Shown piece after piece: positions 12,368 through 25,078 of a stretch of DNA of 64,000 bases. Under the pieces are notes generated by a model, which made no database searches, had not been told where the DNA came from, and saw only the letters and a program-made list of their open reading frames with translations. The stretch covers positions 451,100 to 515,099 of the forward strand of contig CAJFCJ010000011.1 of assembly GCA_904063045.1 (NCBI GenBank), written 5' to 3'. The first letter of the stretch is position 1. Each line of letters opens with the position of its first letter. Origin of the DNA: Dimorphilus gyrociliatus (Eukaryota > Animalia > Annelida). A program made the translations under genes and the position numbers.

Positions 12368-13884
12368 CAGTCCCATAATTGTAGCGAAAAATTTTCGTCG
12401 TAATTACAATTTCGTAGTTCATCTGCAGACGCAAAAAGACAGTTTTTACAGTTAGATTTAGTTAACGAATTGTCTCACCGGAAATCTGTGAAAAATTTAA
12501 CGAATCAGTTAAAACTATAAACTGCTCTTTATCATAATCCTTTCTTTTTACAACCCACAAATCTGAATGTGAGTGTTGAACTATTAACTCGCTATAATCA
12601 CTTTCATTGCTGAAAAAGTAGCATATTAGATATTAGACAAAATAATACATTCTTTAAGAAAAACTACTAACAATTTCCATGTATAATGCATATCTGCTAT
12701 CAAGGAGCATGCTGGTTCAACGATTGATTTATTGCTACGTTTTGATGAGAAGTCAGCTCCGTTAATATATATGTAGGTAGGAGAAGAGGAGTTTCTGTAT
12801 ATAAGGTAATGAAGTTTTCTGTAAATATCAAAAGCAATCTCTACTTACTCTTGCTTTCTTGAAATCCATTCTTCATATATATCCGTGGCTAGAGCACTTT
12901 GTTGTACGTCTAAGTAGTCGTGAATGTTTCGAAACCATTGTTCATTGGGAGGCGTCTTCCCATTAACCAGCATACATAATGTACTGGACAAAGCTGCATA
13001 AACAACTAAGTGGTAGGATTTAACAACTTCATTACCATTACAAATATGGACTAGGGGAAGTGTAGGTTTATTATCCTTGCTTAAATCGGACGGTCCATGT
13101 AAAAATTTACCATACTGGTTAATCTTTGGTGTCCCAGCTTCATTTGTAGTTTCCCTGCTTCTGGGTAATAGGCACTTAGTGACGTAGTAATACAAAATAC
13201 GCATATCTGAGTGGTGCAGTCCACTCCAAACTATTTCGTCATTAAAGAATAAGGCTGTACATGCTATATCAGAAAAAGAGGATGACAATCTATTCATGGA
13301 GCAATAGACTCTCATAAAATTATTCTTCTCAAGACAGAAGAACTTCATATAGCCCTCTGCATTCAGCAGATTAAAAGAGCTAGCAGATAAGGTTGACAAG
13401 TATGAATCAAAAAAACATTCTAAATACTTGGACAAGCAACTGTAGTCAGAATTATTATTTTTCAAAATATAGCTGCAGTTTCCATGAAAAAAGCAAAATG
13501 TCCTATATGCTATATTCAATATCGTTTGATAAAGACCGACACAGCATTTACTCTTCTTATTGTCGTTGATAACTGTCATAACAAAGCAAATGTTATCCTC
13601 CACCACTTGGAAAACTTGACAAGTTGTGGTTGTGTATAGGTATTGACATGGTTCGTCTGTAAAGTCTTCTGTAAAGTTGATTACTGCTTCGGACAATCCT
13701 ACTATTCTGCTTTTGATCATAACATCTTCAGACTTCGGGTGGAAGTATAGAATTTTGTCATCGGTCTAAATGGTAAAATTTTAAATATTTCATTACTATA
13801 TTTATAGGGTTAAAATCAAACCTTATCCTCGTCCAGAATTAGTTTTCCTCTAAAAATAAAAAAGTTTCCGAGCTTCGGCTCCAT
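12368..13884 (-). CDS. CCZ1: CCZ1 (vacuolar fusion / MON1-CCZ1 Rab7 GEF subunit) homolog; at least 4 exons
   Basis: MEPKLGNFFIFRGKLILDEDK | TDDKILYFHPKSEDVMIKSRIVGLSEAVINFTEDF...CQVFQVVEDNICFVMTVIN matches human CCZ1 LSFFIYNPRF...KILFYHPNEVEKNEKIRNVGLCEAIVQFTRTF...NFWMVMVV. Exon 1 has a GTTTGA donor, exon 2 ends at GTAAGT. Downstream exons LWVVKRKDYDKEQFIVL (human WVVGKRSDRELYVIL) and ...DELRNCNYDENFSLQLWD* end at a TGA at 12368-12370. Confidence 0.8.
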
Positions 13885-14689
13885 TTGTCTTTTTTGTTCA
13901 GAGTGATATAGTGGCGAACTTGCCAATTGCAAGCTTCTCCTTTCAATCGAACATAAAGATCCTCCCAAAAATAAAAATCCATCAGATGTCGCTAAAGTAT
14001 TTGATGACACATTTGATGAGAAACCAACTGAAAATCAACAAATTGTTGTCTATAGTAATTTAAATTTGATTGGTAGAAAATCTAATCCAATATTATCCAG
14101 CACATAAGTCTTTTTTACTCTTCGTTTACGAATTTTTACGACACATATAAAATAATAGGAAAAGACTTCTTTATAGGATTCGAAATTTCAAACTTTATTT
14201 CAGTTTAGAATTGATAAACGTTGCGCTTAGACTTAAAATTAATGATCTTCCTTTACTTTTAGTATGACGTATTATCATATGTAGGTTTCAACAAAATTTA
14301 TTTTTTGCTAAAATAAGTTATGAAATACGCTTTATATTTAATTTATAACTTCATAAATAACAAACAATGCATGTTTGTAGCCATTTTGAAAACAATTTTT
14401 ATAGGTCTATTCCCTTATACATCTAATCACAAAAACATTGAGCAATGTCAAAAGTACCTACATGCGCATGCTCATTAAACGTGCAACTTTAAGAGCAGCC
14501 ATTGCGTTACAAAAGTTTCACAAACACCTTTCAATTGCTTTATCAAAATTGGTAAAGATTTGTATCTATTTCAACTATTTCCGATAATTGCGAGAGGCGA
14601 TAATTTCAAAAAAAAAAACAGAAATAGATTATTTTCAGGAAGTATCTACTTTTAAGTGAAATTACTTTTCAAACTATCTGGCACAAACA

Positions 14690-15961
14690 ATGAATTCTCT
14701 CACTGTCAGCCAGCCAAAAGTAAACATTAGAGGATTGTTGTGTAACCAAATATTTAATCCCACAAAATTCGTCGCAGTCGTCGAATCAGATCAGGAGATA
14801 AAGGTAGTCGACGACAATTGTGTATTAATAAAGGGGCAACGCTTAATGATACACTATCGGCACACGAAAGAAAACGGAGTCTTCATGGAAGAAGAGCCAA
14901 ACGGAACTGTACATGTATATGAGAATGAAAGAAATAGATATTCTGCTATTAATCGATCAAAACTTCAATTTGTAAATGAATTTGGAAACTGTGTCTTAAG
15001 GGTTAGTCGAAAATCAAGAAGATACATTTGTTTGGATCTTCGAAAGAGAATAAATTCCGTTTGGCCTTCTTCTATAGCTGAGTATTTCAAGACTTTTCGT
15101 GCCGTTAGTGTTCAGTATCAAGACGTGGAGGGAGTTCTCCATGTAACTCCAGAAGTCACCCCTGAGTGGACCAAAGTTCTAAATGAAATTGAAGTGGAAG
15201 ACAATTTCTACAAGAGAACTAAAAGTTTACGAACGATTAGCCCATCATATACTTCATCTCCTGATTCTGACTGGTCAGATGTCATTCTTCAGTTGAATTC
15301 TACTGAAATCTTACCGACTGTCGACGAATTGAAACGTTCAGTGGAATCGTATCGAAACCAGAGCAAAACTTGTGGTACAAAGAAATCTCTGGACAGTGAT
15401 ACAACTCATGATTACGATCAGACGATTAAAATGACTGTTATTGAAAGAACACGAAAAACCTTTAAAGCTGTTATGGAAACATGTATACAGGAAAGTGATA
15501 AAGCTATTTTGCAGAAACAAGTTATTCAAGATCTAAATGAAAATCCTGATGTAATTATGACTGAATTAGAGAGATTAAAAAGAGAAAATGTAGTAAAATT
15601 TGAGATTTGCACTTTACTAAACTTTTATATCAATGCCAGCGTCACTGTTTCTGATTCTTGTCATCCTGTAATTACTGAATTGTGCGAATGGGTTATTTTC
15701 AGGGTTGTTAAAAAGAGTTTAGGTTGCTTTGAAGCTATAGACTGCTTATCAGAATTAATTGCAAATGAAGGTGCATCTGTATTAAAAAAATATTGTCCAA
15801 AGGCTGTGAAAAAATTATTAGCTTTCCTTGAGCAACAAAAGTCAACTTCCTTTAATAGTAAAGCTTGGAATCAAATAATCGACTGTTTTGATTACAATTG
15901 CAGCGAGGAATTACCTTTTGCTTCAAACTTGGACGGCAAAAGCGAAACTTTCGGCAGGTAA
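14690..15961 (+). CDS. Hypothetical protein, 423-aa single long exon, no family recognised
   Basis: Uninterrupted 1272-nt ORF from ATG in a ~30% GC genome, which is unlikely by chance. Codon usage resembles neighbouring genes. The end overlaps GGCAG|GTAAGC, a possible donor, but no in-frame downstream acceptor was found. Confidence 0.45.
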   Translation: MNSLTVSQPKVNIRGLLCNQIFNPTKFVAVVESDQEIKVVDDNCVLIKGQRLMIHYRHTKENGVFMEEEPNGTVHVYENERNRYSAINRSKLQFVNEFGNCVLRVSRKSRRYICLDLRKRINSVWPSSIAEYFKTFRAVSVQYQDVEGVLHVTPEVTPEWTKVLNEIEVEDNFYKRTKSLRTISPSYTSSPDSDWSDVILQLNSTEILPTVDELKRSVESYRNQSKTCGTKKSLDSDTTHDYDQTIKMTVIERTRKTFKAVMETCIQESDKAILQKQVIQDLNENPDVIMTELERLKRENVVKFEICTLLNFYINASVTVSDSCHPVITELCEWVIFRVVKKSLGCFEAIDCLSELIANEGASVLKKYCPKAVKKLLAFLEQQKSTSFNSKAWNQIIDCFDYNCSEELPFASNLDGKSETFGR

Positions 15962-16138
15962 GCAACTAGCCTAGCAGATATAAGGATTAAAAACTCTCGA
16001 TTTTCAGTCAAAGAAAGCGAAGGTCCAAAGAACACAAGGTTCTAAAGATTTTAGATCTATTTTTATTTTTAAATTTCATAGTTTCATAGCAAGTAGTGAT
16101 AAATTATTGTTTTAAAGAGCTCTGAGAAGCAGCTAGGA

Positions 16139-16533
16139 GAAAAGAATGAAATAGAAATAGTTAAGGCAGAACCGATGAACAGTAAGTCAGACTCTTTGAT
16201 GAATCAAGTTTAATGTTTATTTGATTGGATTATAGAATGTATAACAGTAATCCAAGCTGATTTTCTTCAGATAATAAGAAAAATGAGATATATTTTGAAA
16301 ATCAAATTCCCAAACGAATTACTCATTCCGGTAGAATGAGCGTAGCATCTAGAATTGAAAAATCTGCAGAGGTACTTAACATCCAGCGTGGAAGTAATTC
16401 TAAACATGAATCAGACGATGAAACGAAAGATTACTGGAAACCAAACCATAGAAAACGTGCTTGTGGTATATGTTACTCAAGAGAACATAAAACCATTGAT
16501 TGCGAAGATAGGAAGGCTTTTCTTGCTTCATAA
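16139..16533 (+). CDS. Possible small 2-exon ORF ending in a CCHC zinc-knuckle-like motif (C-x2-C-x4-H-x4-C); may be an unlinked 3' exon or spurious
   Basis: ...EKQLGEKNEIEIVKAEPMN | (GTAAGT ... ctgcag) KVLNIQRGSNSKHESDDETKDYWKPNHRKRACGICYSREHKTIDCEDRKAFLAS*. The frame is incompatible with splicing from the 14690 ORF. Confidence 0.25.
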
Positions 16534-17329
16534 TTAGTATATTAGTTCTAGTGATCCACAAGATTTTGTTATTATTTAATTTAGATATGTGTAAGTATTA
16601 GTATAAGTATGGCATTATTCCAATTTCACCATAAGCTTAAGTGATCTCATAATCTCTTGCTTCCTTTGACTTTTAAAAAATAATAAGGATGTCTTTTCAC
16701 CTTATTTGCCGTGTTCAAATTTTGATACTTTTATATTGCTAATAACCTGCAGAATATATAATGCTCTATTACTATTAAGTAATCGAATTGTAAGTTACTT
16801 TTTTTGAATCTTTTACAAATGTTACTCACATGACCTCTCTTGTGTCAATAAGTAATTGACTGGATGAATTATAATCTAATGATGTGTAATTTCCGAGCCA
16901 GAAATTATATTTTGAAAGTTTAGACCTGTTTGATATATGTATTTTACATATATTAAGATTGTATTCATCTTCATTTAGAGTTTATTTGAGATCTGATTTT
17001 TTGTTGGCAATATTATTGCGTAACGAATCGTAATTTATTGATGACATATATCATACTGTGTGTCCGAACTGAAATTTAATTTAAAAGACACCTAATGAAT
17101 TTCCTTCAAAAATTTATTAAAGTATTATTTTTCTTGATACAAGTTTTTGTTATCATGTATTACATAAATATTTCGATTTTAAATAATGTAGAAAGAATTT
17201 CTCAAAGTTCAGAATTGATAGTTGTCGACAGTAAACGATTATTTATAAATTTAGCATATTTGTTTATGTTTTTATATGCTATTGGCATCTTTTTGTTAAA
17301 ACGTTTATTTTTGGTAATAATAAAACATT

Positions 17330-18745
17330 TTATAGCAACAACGCTTTTTTAACCAAGTCTTTTCTTTCCGTATTCAAAGTTTTAGGAAATTCAATATCGA
17401 ATTCTAAAATAAGATCTCCTTTCTGCTCTGGATTAGAACTAATAGGCATACCTTCCCTTGGTACAGTTTTGATGTATCCAGGCTTAATGATATCATTTAT
17501 TGGAATATATAAGGTTCTTTCGTCTAGCGTTAAAATCTCAACAACATGACCTGTCAATGCTCGTCCAAGTGGTACATTTGCTTTATGGATCAGGTTTGAA
17601 CCCTCCCTTCTAAATCTGTTCAGAATCAAAAATATTAACCATAGCTCTCTAATAAAGCTAAGATTAATTTTTTTTTACCTTGGGTGCGACTTATCTTTCA
17701 AAATGAATACAATATCGGCGGGAATCTTGTTTGGTCCCTGGTCGCCTTCTTGAGGAAAAGTTACTCGAGTATTTGGTAACCATCCCTTTTTAACAGTTAT
17801 CGTCAAAATCTTATCTCTTATTGATGATGTATGTCCATCATCGTTCATGACTTTCCTAGAAATTTTCATTTTCTTTGTGCAGCCATGGAAGACTTCTTCT
17901 AGGGACAGTGCTAGATCTCTCTCGATTGGATTATCCTGTTTCTTAGCTCCACGTCCATGAAGCCCTCCAAAACTCCAGTGAAGATCTCCATCTAATCTAT
18001 CATAGTACTCTAAGAAAACAACAAGCCATTATTTTTGAGAAAATTTGGAATACTAATAGGAACTTAAATCATTGGCAGGAGGTTTTGATAAGGGACACTT
18101 TTTTAATTCAAACTATATAATGAATACATATAGCTAATAGAAATTACTATATTAGCAAAGGAATACAAATTTGGAGAAGGGGCGACGGAAAATATTATTT
18201 TATTTTTCTTGTAGGACAAACACTCACTATATTCTGCGTTTTAGTGTTTTGCATAAAGTTAAATAATTATAAGACTTGATTGAAAAAGATTTTCAGTGGC
18301 TCATGTTTCATTTGAAATTTTTGGTAAACTATTTGAAGTACTACCTTGAAATGGATTATCTCCTCCAAAAAATTCTCGAAATACTTTGTGACCATCACCA
18401 TGGAAAGAATAGCCACATGTCCAAGCACCTCCTTCACCTTGGTTATCTGGAACCCCGCTTTTCAAACCTTCTTCACCAAACTGATCGTATACTGCCTTTT
18501 TTCTTGCTTTATTTGTTAATTAATTCTTTTAAATGTTTCTTATTTTTATTAAATAAAATTCTTAACTCACGATCACTTAAAACATCATATGCTTCTGCTA
18601 TCAATCGAAATTTTTCTACCGCTTCTTGACTGTCAGCGTTCTTTAGTGGATGATATCTCTGGGCTTCTTTCTTATAAGCTTTTTTAATATCGGCGTCTGA
18701 TGCACTTCTTGTCAGCTTAAGAATGCTATAATAATCCTGACCCAT
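17330..18745 (-). CDS. DNAJB13: DnaJ homolog subfamily B member 13 (axonemal radial spoke protein 16-type Hsp40); multi-exon
   Basis: [58 protein letters not shown] matches human DNAJB13 [36 protein letters not shown]...[14 protein letters not shown], including the DNAJB13-specific HPL instead of HPD. C-terminal exon [57 protein letters not shown]...[12 protein letters not shown] matches human [63 protein letters not shown] donor after the J-domain exon. Confidence 0.85.
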
Positions 18746-19026
18746 CTTGATTAACAAAGTGTTTTGCCTAGCTGTTATGGTTTGATGTAACCTTGACGAC
18801 AATCACTAGAACAACGCAGCTGATTGGTTGAAAAATACTGCCACACATTTAGTCTTTCAAATTTACTCGTTCGATGACTTTACCTAAAAAGTTTCATAAT
18901 AAAATTAATTTTAGTCTAGGATTTATTTGTTTAAACTATTAGCTAAAATCAAATATAGGCTTATGGAATGACAAACTGAAACTAGTGCCATCTGAATATG
19001 AAATTCAAAAAAGCTCAACAACTAAG

Positions 19027-22000
19027 ATGGCGATTAGAGAGGGGCCGCTGAGTAAATGGACTAATGTAATGAAAGGATGGCAATACAGGTGGTTTGTATT
19101 GGAAAATGAAACTGGATTGCTTAGCTATTACACTGTGAGTTGAAGTGGGGTTTTCCTAATTTTTTTTCTTCTCGGTAACGTAGATTTCTCTCATTAAATG
19201 CTCGCTGACGTGTTAGTCATCAGTATTCTTCGGTTGATTCTTTATTTTCGTAATTAAATTTACTAGTAAAATTACTCAAACAAATGACTGAAATTCATGC
19301 ATAATTGAAAATAATTAATGTACCACATCACTGTAACCAAGGAATTATGTGTCAACTTTCTACAGACAAAGGAAAAACGAATAAAAGGGACCAAGCGTGG
19401 AAGTATTCGCCTCAAGGTAAAACTATATTACTTGTATAGCTGTAAACAATTTACACAGACTTTGATTAGTGCGTAATTAAATTTCAAAATAAATTATTAT
19501 TTTTCTAGTCTGCGCTAATAGGCGTTGATGATGAAGATGATTGCACTTTTACGATAACAGTTGAAAGCAAAACATATCACTTTCAGAGTAGGTTTAAATT
19601 ATTGATTAAGATAATAATTAAGTTTAAAGTAAAATCTTAACAGCAAGGGATTCGAAAGAGAAAGATAATTGGATAGCAGATCTCCAAATTTGTATCGATA
19701 GTCAAACATTACTAACAATGAAAGTAAGTTGAAAATATCTGATTGAGAGTTTACTTGTGCAGAATATTTATTTCTATCATTCTTTCCGTATTTTTTCATG
19801 TTTTTCATTTGTCCTATATTTATAGTTAAGTAAAAACATGAATGAAATTTCATAATATTTGTTCTTTATGGCATTTATTGATGTTTTATTTTTGATATAT
19901 AAAGTAATTTGAGGTAAATTGAAAAGATATTTTGTTATATTATTCTTATTTTTATTTTATTTTCTACAAAAAAAAAGAACAGCTTGCGAATGTTTTTTCT
20001 TTTTTTATTTTTATTTTTTCATCGTACCTCCATAATTGTAATTCGATATTCTGTATTATTTAAAGTGGAATTGTTGGCCAGTTCGTAGAGAATTTTTCAA
20101 AAGAAATGCACTGTTGTTTATTCAGTAATAATAGTAATAATATTAGTAATATATTTTTTCCTTTAGAATAGGGAAAACTATTCAAAATCATTGGAAAATT
20201 TCGACAAAAAACTATTAGAAAGTGATGGATATTTACAATTATTGATCTCGGGTGTTCAGGTGTGTCTACTTTACGTTTCATTAAGTAGGCAGGTCTAACT
20301 AACGCTTTATCAAAAAAAAAAAAATCAGGGATTAGAAGAACGCATAGAACTGTGCGCTGATGACGAGAGCGCAAATAAATTGAGAGAAATTCGAGATGCA
20401 AGCCAAAACTTGATTGAAACAGTAAAACATAGTATTGTTTTATTACAAATGGCAAAGGTATGTACAATATATCAACAATATACTATTTTTAATAAACATG
20501 TTGAAGGTTATTAAATCCATATATAATATTTTTATTTTAATGTCTTCATAAAAAAATAGCAAAACATTATTGGTCTGCAAGAAGCAGGAGTATTAGAGTT
20601 CAGCCAACAGTGTCAAGTAACTGCTAATGTTAATGGTAATAACGGTAAGTTAATTAAAATTATCATATAAAGACATAGCTCAAAATATGTAATAATTGCA
20701 ATTGGACGATATTAAAATTAAAACGAAATAATATACTCTTATCCTATTTAATGGTGATTTATCGGGGGAAATCGAATGAATTAGTTCATAAAAATGCTGA
20801 AAAGAAATCTAAGTCAAAGAAGAAAGGTATTTTATGAAGTCAGAAATCACTTATTGTAATTAATATCTATTTTATCCTATAATCTAGGGTACTTATTGAA
20901 AAGTTTTTTACCTTTTTGTAAGCTTTTAGTAATGCTTTTTAGAATCTTTTTAGAAAATTTTTAAATCCATTATCATCGTGGACTGCCCTAATTATAGTAT
21001 ATTTTATGTTTTTTCATAAAATACAGGTAGTAAAAATAGTCCAACTATGCCTAAACGTGTAGCGAATAAAACTCCTGAATTTAGTTCGGAAAGTGAGGAT
21101 GACTTTTTTGATGCTGATGATGGAATTGCAAATGCTAATGTAAAAGAAGATAAAAAAACTGCGAAAACAGAAGCTGAAATCAATGGGTTAGTGTATTTCT
21201 TGCTAAAAAACTGTTTAATAAAATTGCCTAATTATTATATAATTTATCTCTTATAGTGTGGATCACACTGTCACTGATCTGACGAGATTTGATGGTAAAT
21301 ATTTTGAAAATAAAAATATCTATTAAATATAATTTCATGTTGATTATATGTTTGTATAATTTTCAGATTACTATGATATTAATAATGAAGAAGACTGTGA
21401 GTTGTATAATACAATTGTATTTTATATATTTGTATACTATGGAAAATAAATATAATTAATTGCAGTGGGGAGTGTTGAGCAGCAGCATGGAAGTCTAATC
21501 CGGCATCTTCTTTCTCAAGTACGGATAGGGATGGATCTGACAAAAATAACTCTTCCAACGTTTATTTTAGAAAGACGGTCACTCTTAGAAATGTTTGCTG
21601 ATTTTCTGGCTCATCCTGATTTATGGTGTGCTATCGCTGATGGGGAGACTCCCGAGGACAGAATGGTTGCATGTCTTCGATGGTACTTGTCAGCATTTCA
21701 TGCTGGAAGAAATGCATCAATTGCTAAAAAGCCATACAATCCAATACTAGGTGAAATTTTTCAATGCCACTATGATATGGAAAGGTTTTTTCCAAATAGC
21801 GGTGAAAAGGAAGTTAAAGATGGTCCGGTAGCCTGGGCTAAAGAGAGAGATGTTTCCATCGTAGCTGAACAAGTCTCTCATCACCCGCCCATCTCAGCCT
21901 TCTATGCAGAGAATGTATCCAAGAGACTTTCATTAAATGCCCATATCTGGACGAAATCCAAATTTTTAGGTTTATCTATAGGAGTATCTATGGTTGGAAA

Positions 22001-22604
22001 AGCCGTTTTATCAGTTTTAGATCATAACGAGGAATATACTATTTCTTTTCCTTCTTGCTACGGACGAGCAATCTTAACTACGCCTTGGATGGAATTAGGT
22101 GGAAAAACTCAAATAACTTGTAATACAGGTTATACTGCAAACATAGATTTTCACTCTAAACCGTTCTATGGAGGCAAGAAGCATACTATTACGGCTGATA
22201 TCATGCCACCTGGAGGTCAACCGAAAAGTAAGCCGCTTCTAAGTGTTCAAGGGGAATGGAATGGTGTTATGCAAGCAACTTGGTTGGCCACTAATAAAAC
22301 TGAATTATTTCTTGATACACAAAAAATGAATGTTCATCCTAAAAGTATTAGACCAATTGCAGATCAAGATGTTCACGAATCAAGACAAATGTGGAAATAC
22401 GTAACATATTATCTGGCAAAAAAGGATGTTTTACATGCTACCGAGCATAAATCGAAATTGGAGCAAAAACAAAGAGAAGAAGCTAAAGCTAGAAAAGAAA
22501 CAGGTGCAGAATGGAAGCAGAGAGTCTTTGACTGTATTGGCGATGATTATTTTTATAAAACTCCTTTGAAGGATAGAATTGAAATTCATCATTCCAATAA
22601 TTAG
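19027..22604 (+). CDS. Oxysterol-binding protein-related protein (ORP9/10/11-type): PH domain, FFAT motif, OSBP-related domain; ~11 exons
   Basis: Exon 1 [36 protein letters not shown] (PH domain; GTGAGT donor), further PH exons. FFAT exon with [11 protein letters not shown]. Last exon 21465-22604 contains [11 protein letters not shown] and the OSBP fingerprint [16 protein letters not shown]. Donors GTAAAA, GTAGGT, GTAAGT, GTGTGT, GTATGT in series. Confidence 0.85.
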
Positions 22605-23245
22605 AAAATATTGACAATAACACTTGCTATTATAATGCTAAAATAATATAAAGAACTATAATACGTCGTTATAGTTATGTTAATGATAATTAAAGCAATG
22701 TTTATACAATTTCTGTTTTTGCATTTATACATATATTAAAGAAAATGGAAGCAAGAAAACGGGAAAAGGTGCTTGAAAGTAAATATCAAAAAAAATTAAC
22801 TTTTTTCGAAATAGTTGAAAATGTCTAAAATATAAATTTTTTCAAAAGTCGCTTCTCAATCACAATCCTTATCGTTATCTTAAAATATATTCAATTGGGT
22901 ATTTTTTAAACGGTTTCCTCCCTCATGTTTTAAAAACAAAAGTAAATTTTTTTCATAACAAAATCAAGATAAATCAAATTTATGAAGTATAAAATCATGA
23001 GACTCGTGTCATATTTTTAGTAAAAAGCAGTATAAAATCGAAATAAAAATTTATAAAAATTAAGTAATTGTAAACCAATTGTTTCCTTAAGTATTGGTGG
23101 TCTTTTTTAACTTTAGCTATAAAAATTTTGTGTCCTGAGAAGAGTTCCTTAAACTTTGATATTGAAAGATATTAGAAAATGTCTTAAAACATTTAGAAGG
23201 CTAGTTTCTTCTAGTACTAAAAAAACTACTTCTTGTTTTTCCTTT

Positions 23246-24452
23246 TCAATCGTCTCTTAGTCCCCATTCAGAAACCTTACGATGAGCTGCTACCATGACA
23301 ACCATTGAGGAACCGTTTGATATGAATGATCGCATGACCCCTGGAAGCAAACCTCTATAAAGTCCAAAAAATCCTCCTCTTGAAGAAAATGTTTCTTTTA
23401 ACCGTTTCCAGCTCGATTGACGCTTGCCATAATCTCCTTGGACTTGAGCTTTCATGTATTCTATTGGCCATACCAAAAGCCATGCCATACTAGCTGCTAT
23501 GCCAGAGGTCAAAAACGGCCCTAGCATTGGTCGGCTGAAGTGCTCTGGAAAGTGTCGTCGACCCGAATCGACGAGAATAAAGTAAGTTGTCATAAGACCG
23601 AGAGTTCGGGTCCACGTGACCGAAAAACCCTACATAAAAAATTGTTTTTTAGAAAATTATATGATTTCATTTATAAATTATATAATTTCTCTTGAAAACT
23701 ACTTACGGTATAAATATTTCGCAATTTCCAACCTTGCTGTGTTTGTCCCCTTATCTAAATAATAGATTCATTTTAATGATAATAAAATAATGAAGCCCAT
23801 GGTTCTCACCTTTACGTACTCCAAAGGCGTTTCAATTATTGCACGCGCTGTAGATCCCAGTAAACCAGCCAAGACTACTCTTCTGTCAAAATATTACATC
23901 CTTAGGTTAATAATAGCTTGAATTAAATTATGATTTTCTTACGTTTGCAATCCAAAAGAACCTGGAATTTCTTTTCTAAACACTGGGTTATCCATATAAG
24001 TATACCTGTAGTGACCCAATATTTTTTAATTTTAGACTAAATTTTACATTTATACTAACGCAGCTTCAAAAACGGCAAACTGGGAAGATCTGTATAAGCC
24101 TGATCCCCAAAGCGGAGGTATACATCCTCTAAAATAAGATAGAATTGTTTAAAGGGATTTATAATTATTATGACTACCTGTATAAACCTCGAATGCCTTG
24201 ATTTTTTAGGGTTTTGAGTAAAGTTTCGAACATTCCTCGTTTTTCGAACCCTTTTTGAGCTTGCATTTTGGTTTTTATTGTATCTAATGGATGACCAACG
24301 GCAACGCTAGTTGTTCCGTATAATATTCCGACTGATGGAAAAGGAAAATTCTTGATAGTTATAAAATCAAATTAAAGTTTGTTCATATTTTTACCTCCTA
24401 ATCCGATTGCCCCTTCTTTGAGCCAATGTCCTCTCTTTTCATTATGAGTCAT
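23246..24452 (-). CDS. Mitochondrial carrier family (SLC25) protein, carnitine/acylcarnitine-basic amino acid carrier-like; ~7 exons
   Basis: MTHNEKRGHWLKEGAIGLGG | ...VAVGHPLDTIKTKMQAQK... (Px[DE]xx[KR] carrier signature), ...RRVVLAGLLGSTARAIIETPLEYVK..., terminal exon with GFFGLYRGLLPGVMRSFISNGSSMVVM. Start ATG at 24450-24452, stop at 23246. Confidence 0.75.
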
Positions 24453-25078
24453 TTTAATGCAGTTTTAAAGAAAATAGCAAATATATAAGTTAATTTGTTT
24501 GCGAAGTGTCAAAAATTTCGAAAGTGTATATTATCGCTCCGATTAAAGTGGAAAAGGAATATATTTTTAAATATGTACAAAACAAACTGGGTTTTGTAAT
24601 AGTTTAAAGATTCTTTTTAGTTTTATAGTTTTATTTCTTTTCGTTGAAAAAAATATCTCTGCTTCAGTTTTATGGTGATCACTGAATCTGATAAGCTCCA
24701 AGATCTTAATAGAATAACAACTCTAATGCCATCTGGCGGATAAGTTAGTCAACAAAATGGCCGCCATCATAAACAATAATAGACAGTAAAACTTGGATTA
24801 ACGTCATGATTACTGCTTCTATAGAAGTAGTAGAACAATGATCACAATATCATAGTTTTAACGTATCGAGAAAACATATTTTTATTGGCGGAAAAAGGCC
24901 ACATTCGAACATAGTCGAAATCTTAATATCAGTCTGTCTTCTGTTCTGTTCGATGAGAAGCCTTATAAATTAGAATACTTTTTAACCCTTCCAGGTAAAG
25001 CATTTATTTTTAAGCCAATTTTTAAGATAACACTTTAAAAATAATATGCACTTCTTCAAAGGATTGTAGTTATGAAAA

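Noticed and set aside
15957-16140. Splicing of the 14690-15961 ORF (candidate donor GGCAG|GTAAGC) onto the downstream CCHC exons
   Set aside because: Every AG acceptor between 16050 and 16140 gives an immediate in-frame stop in the required phase. Treated as separate units.
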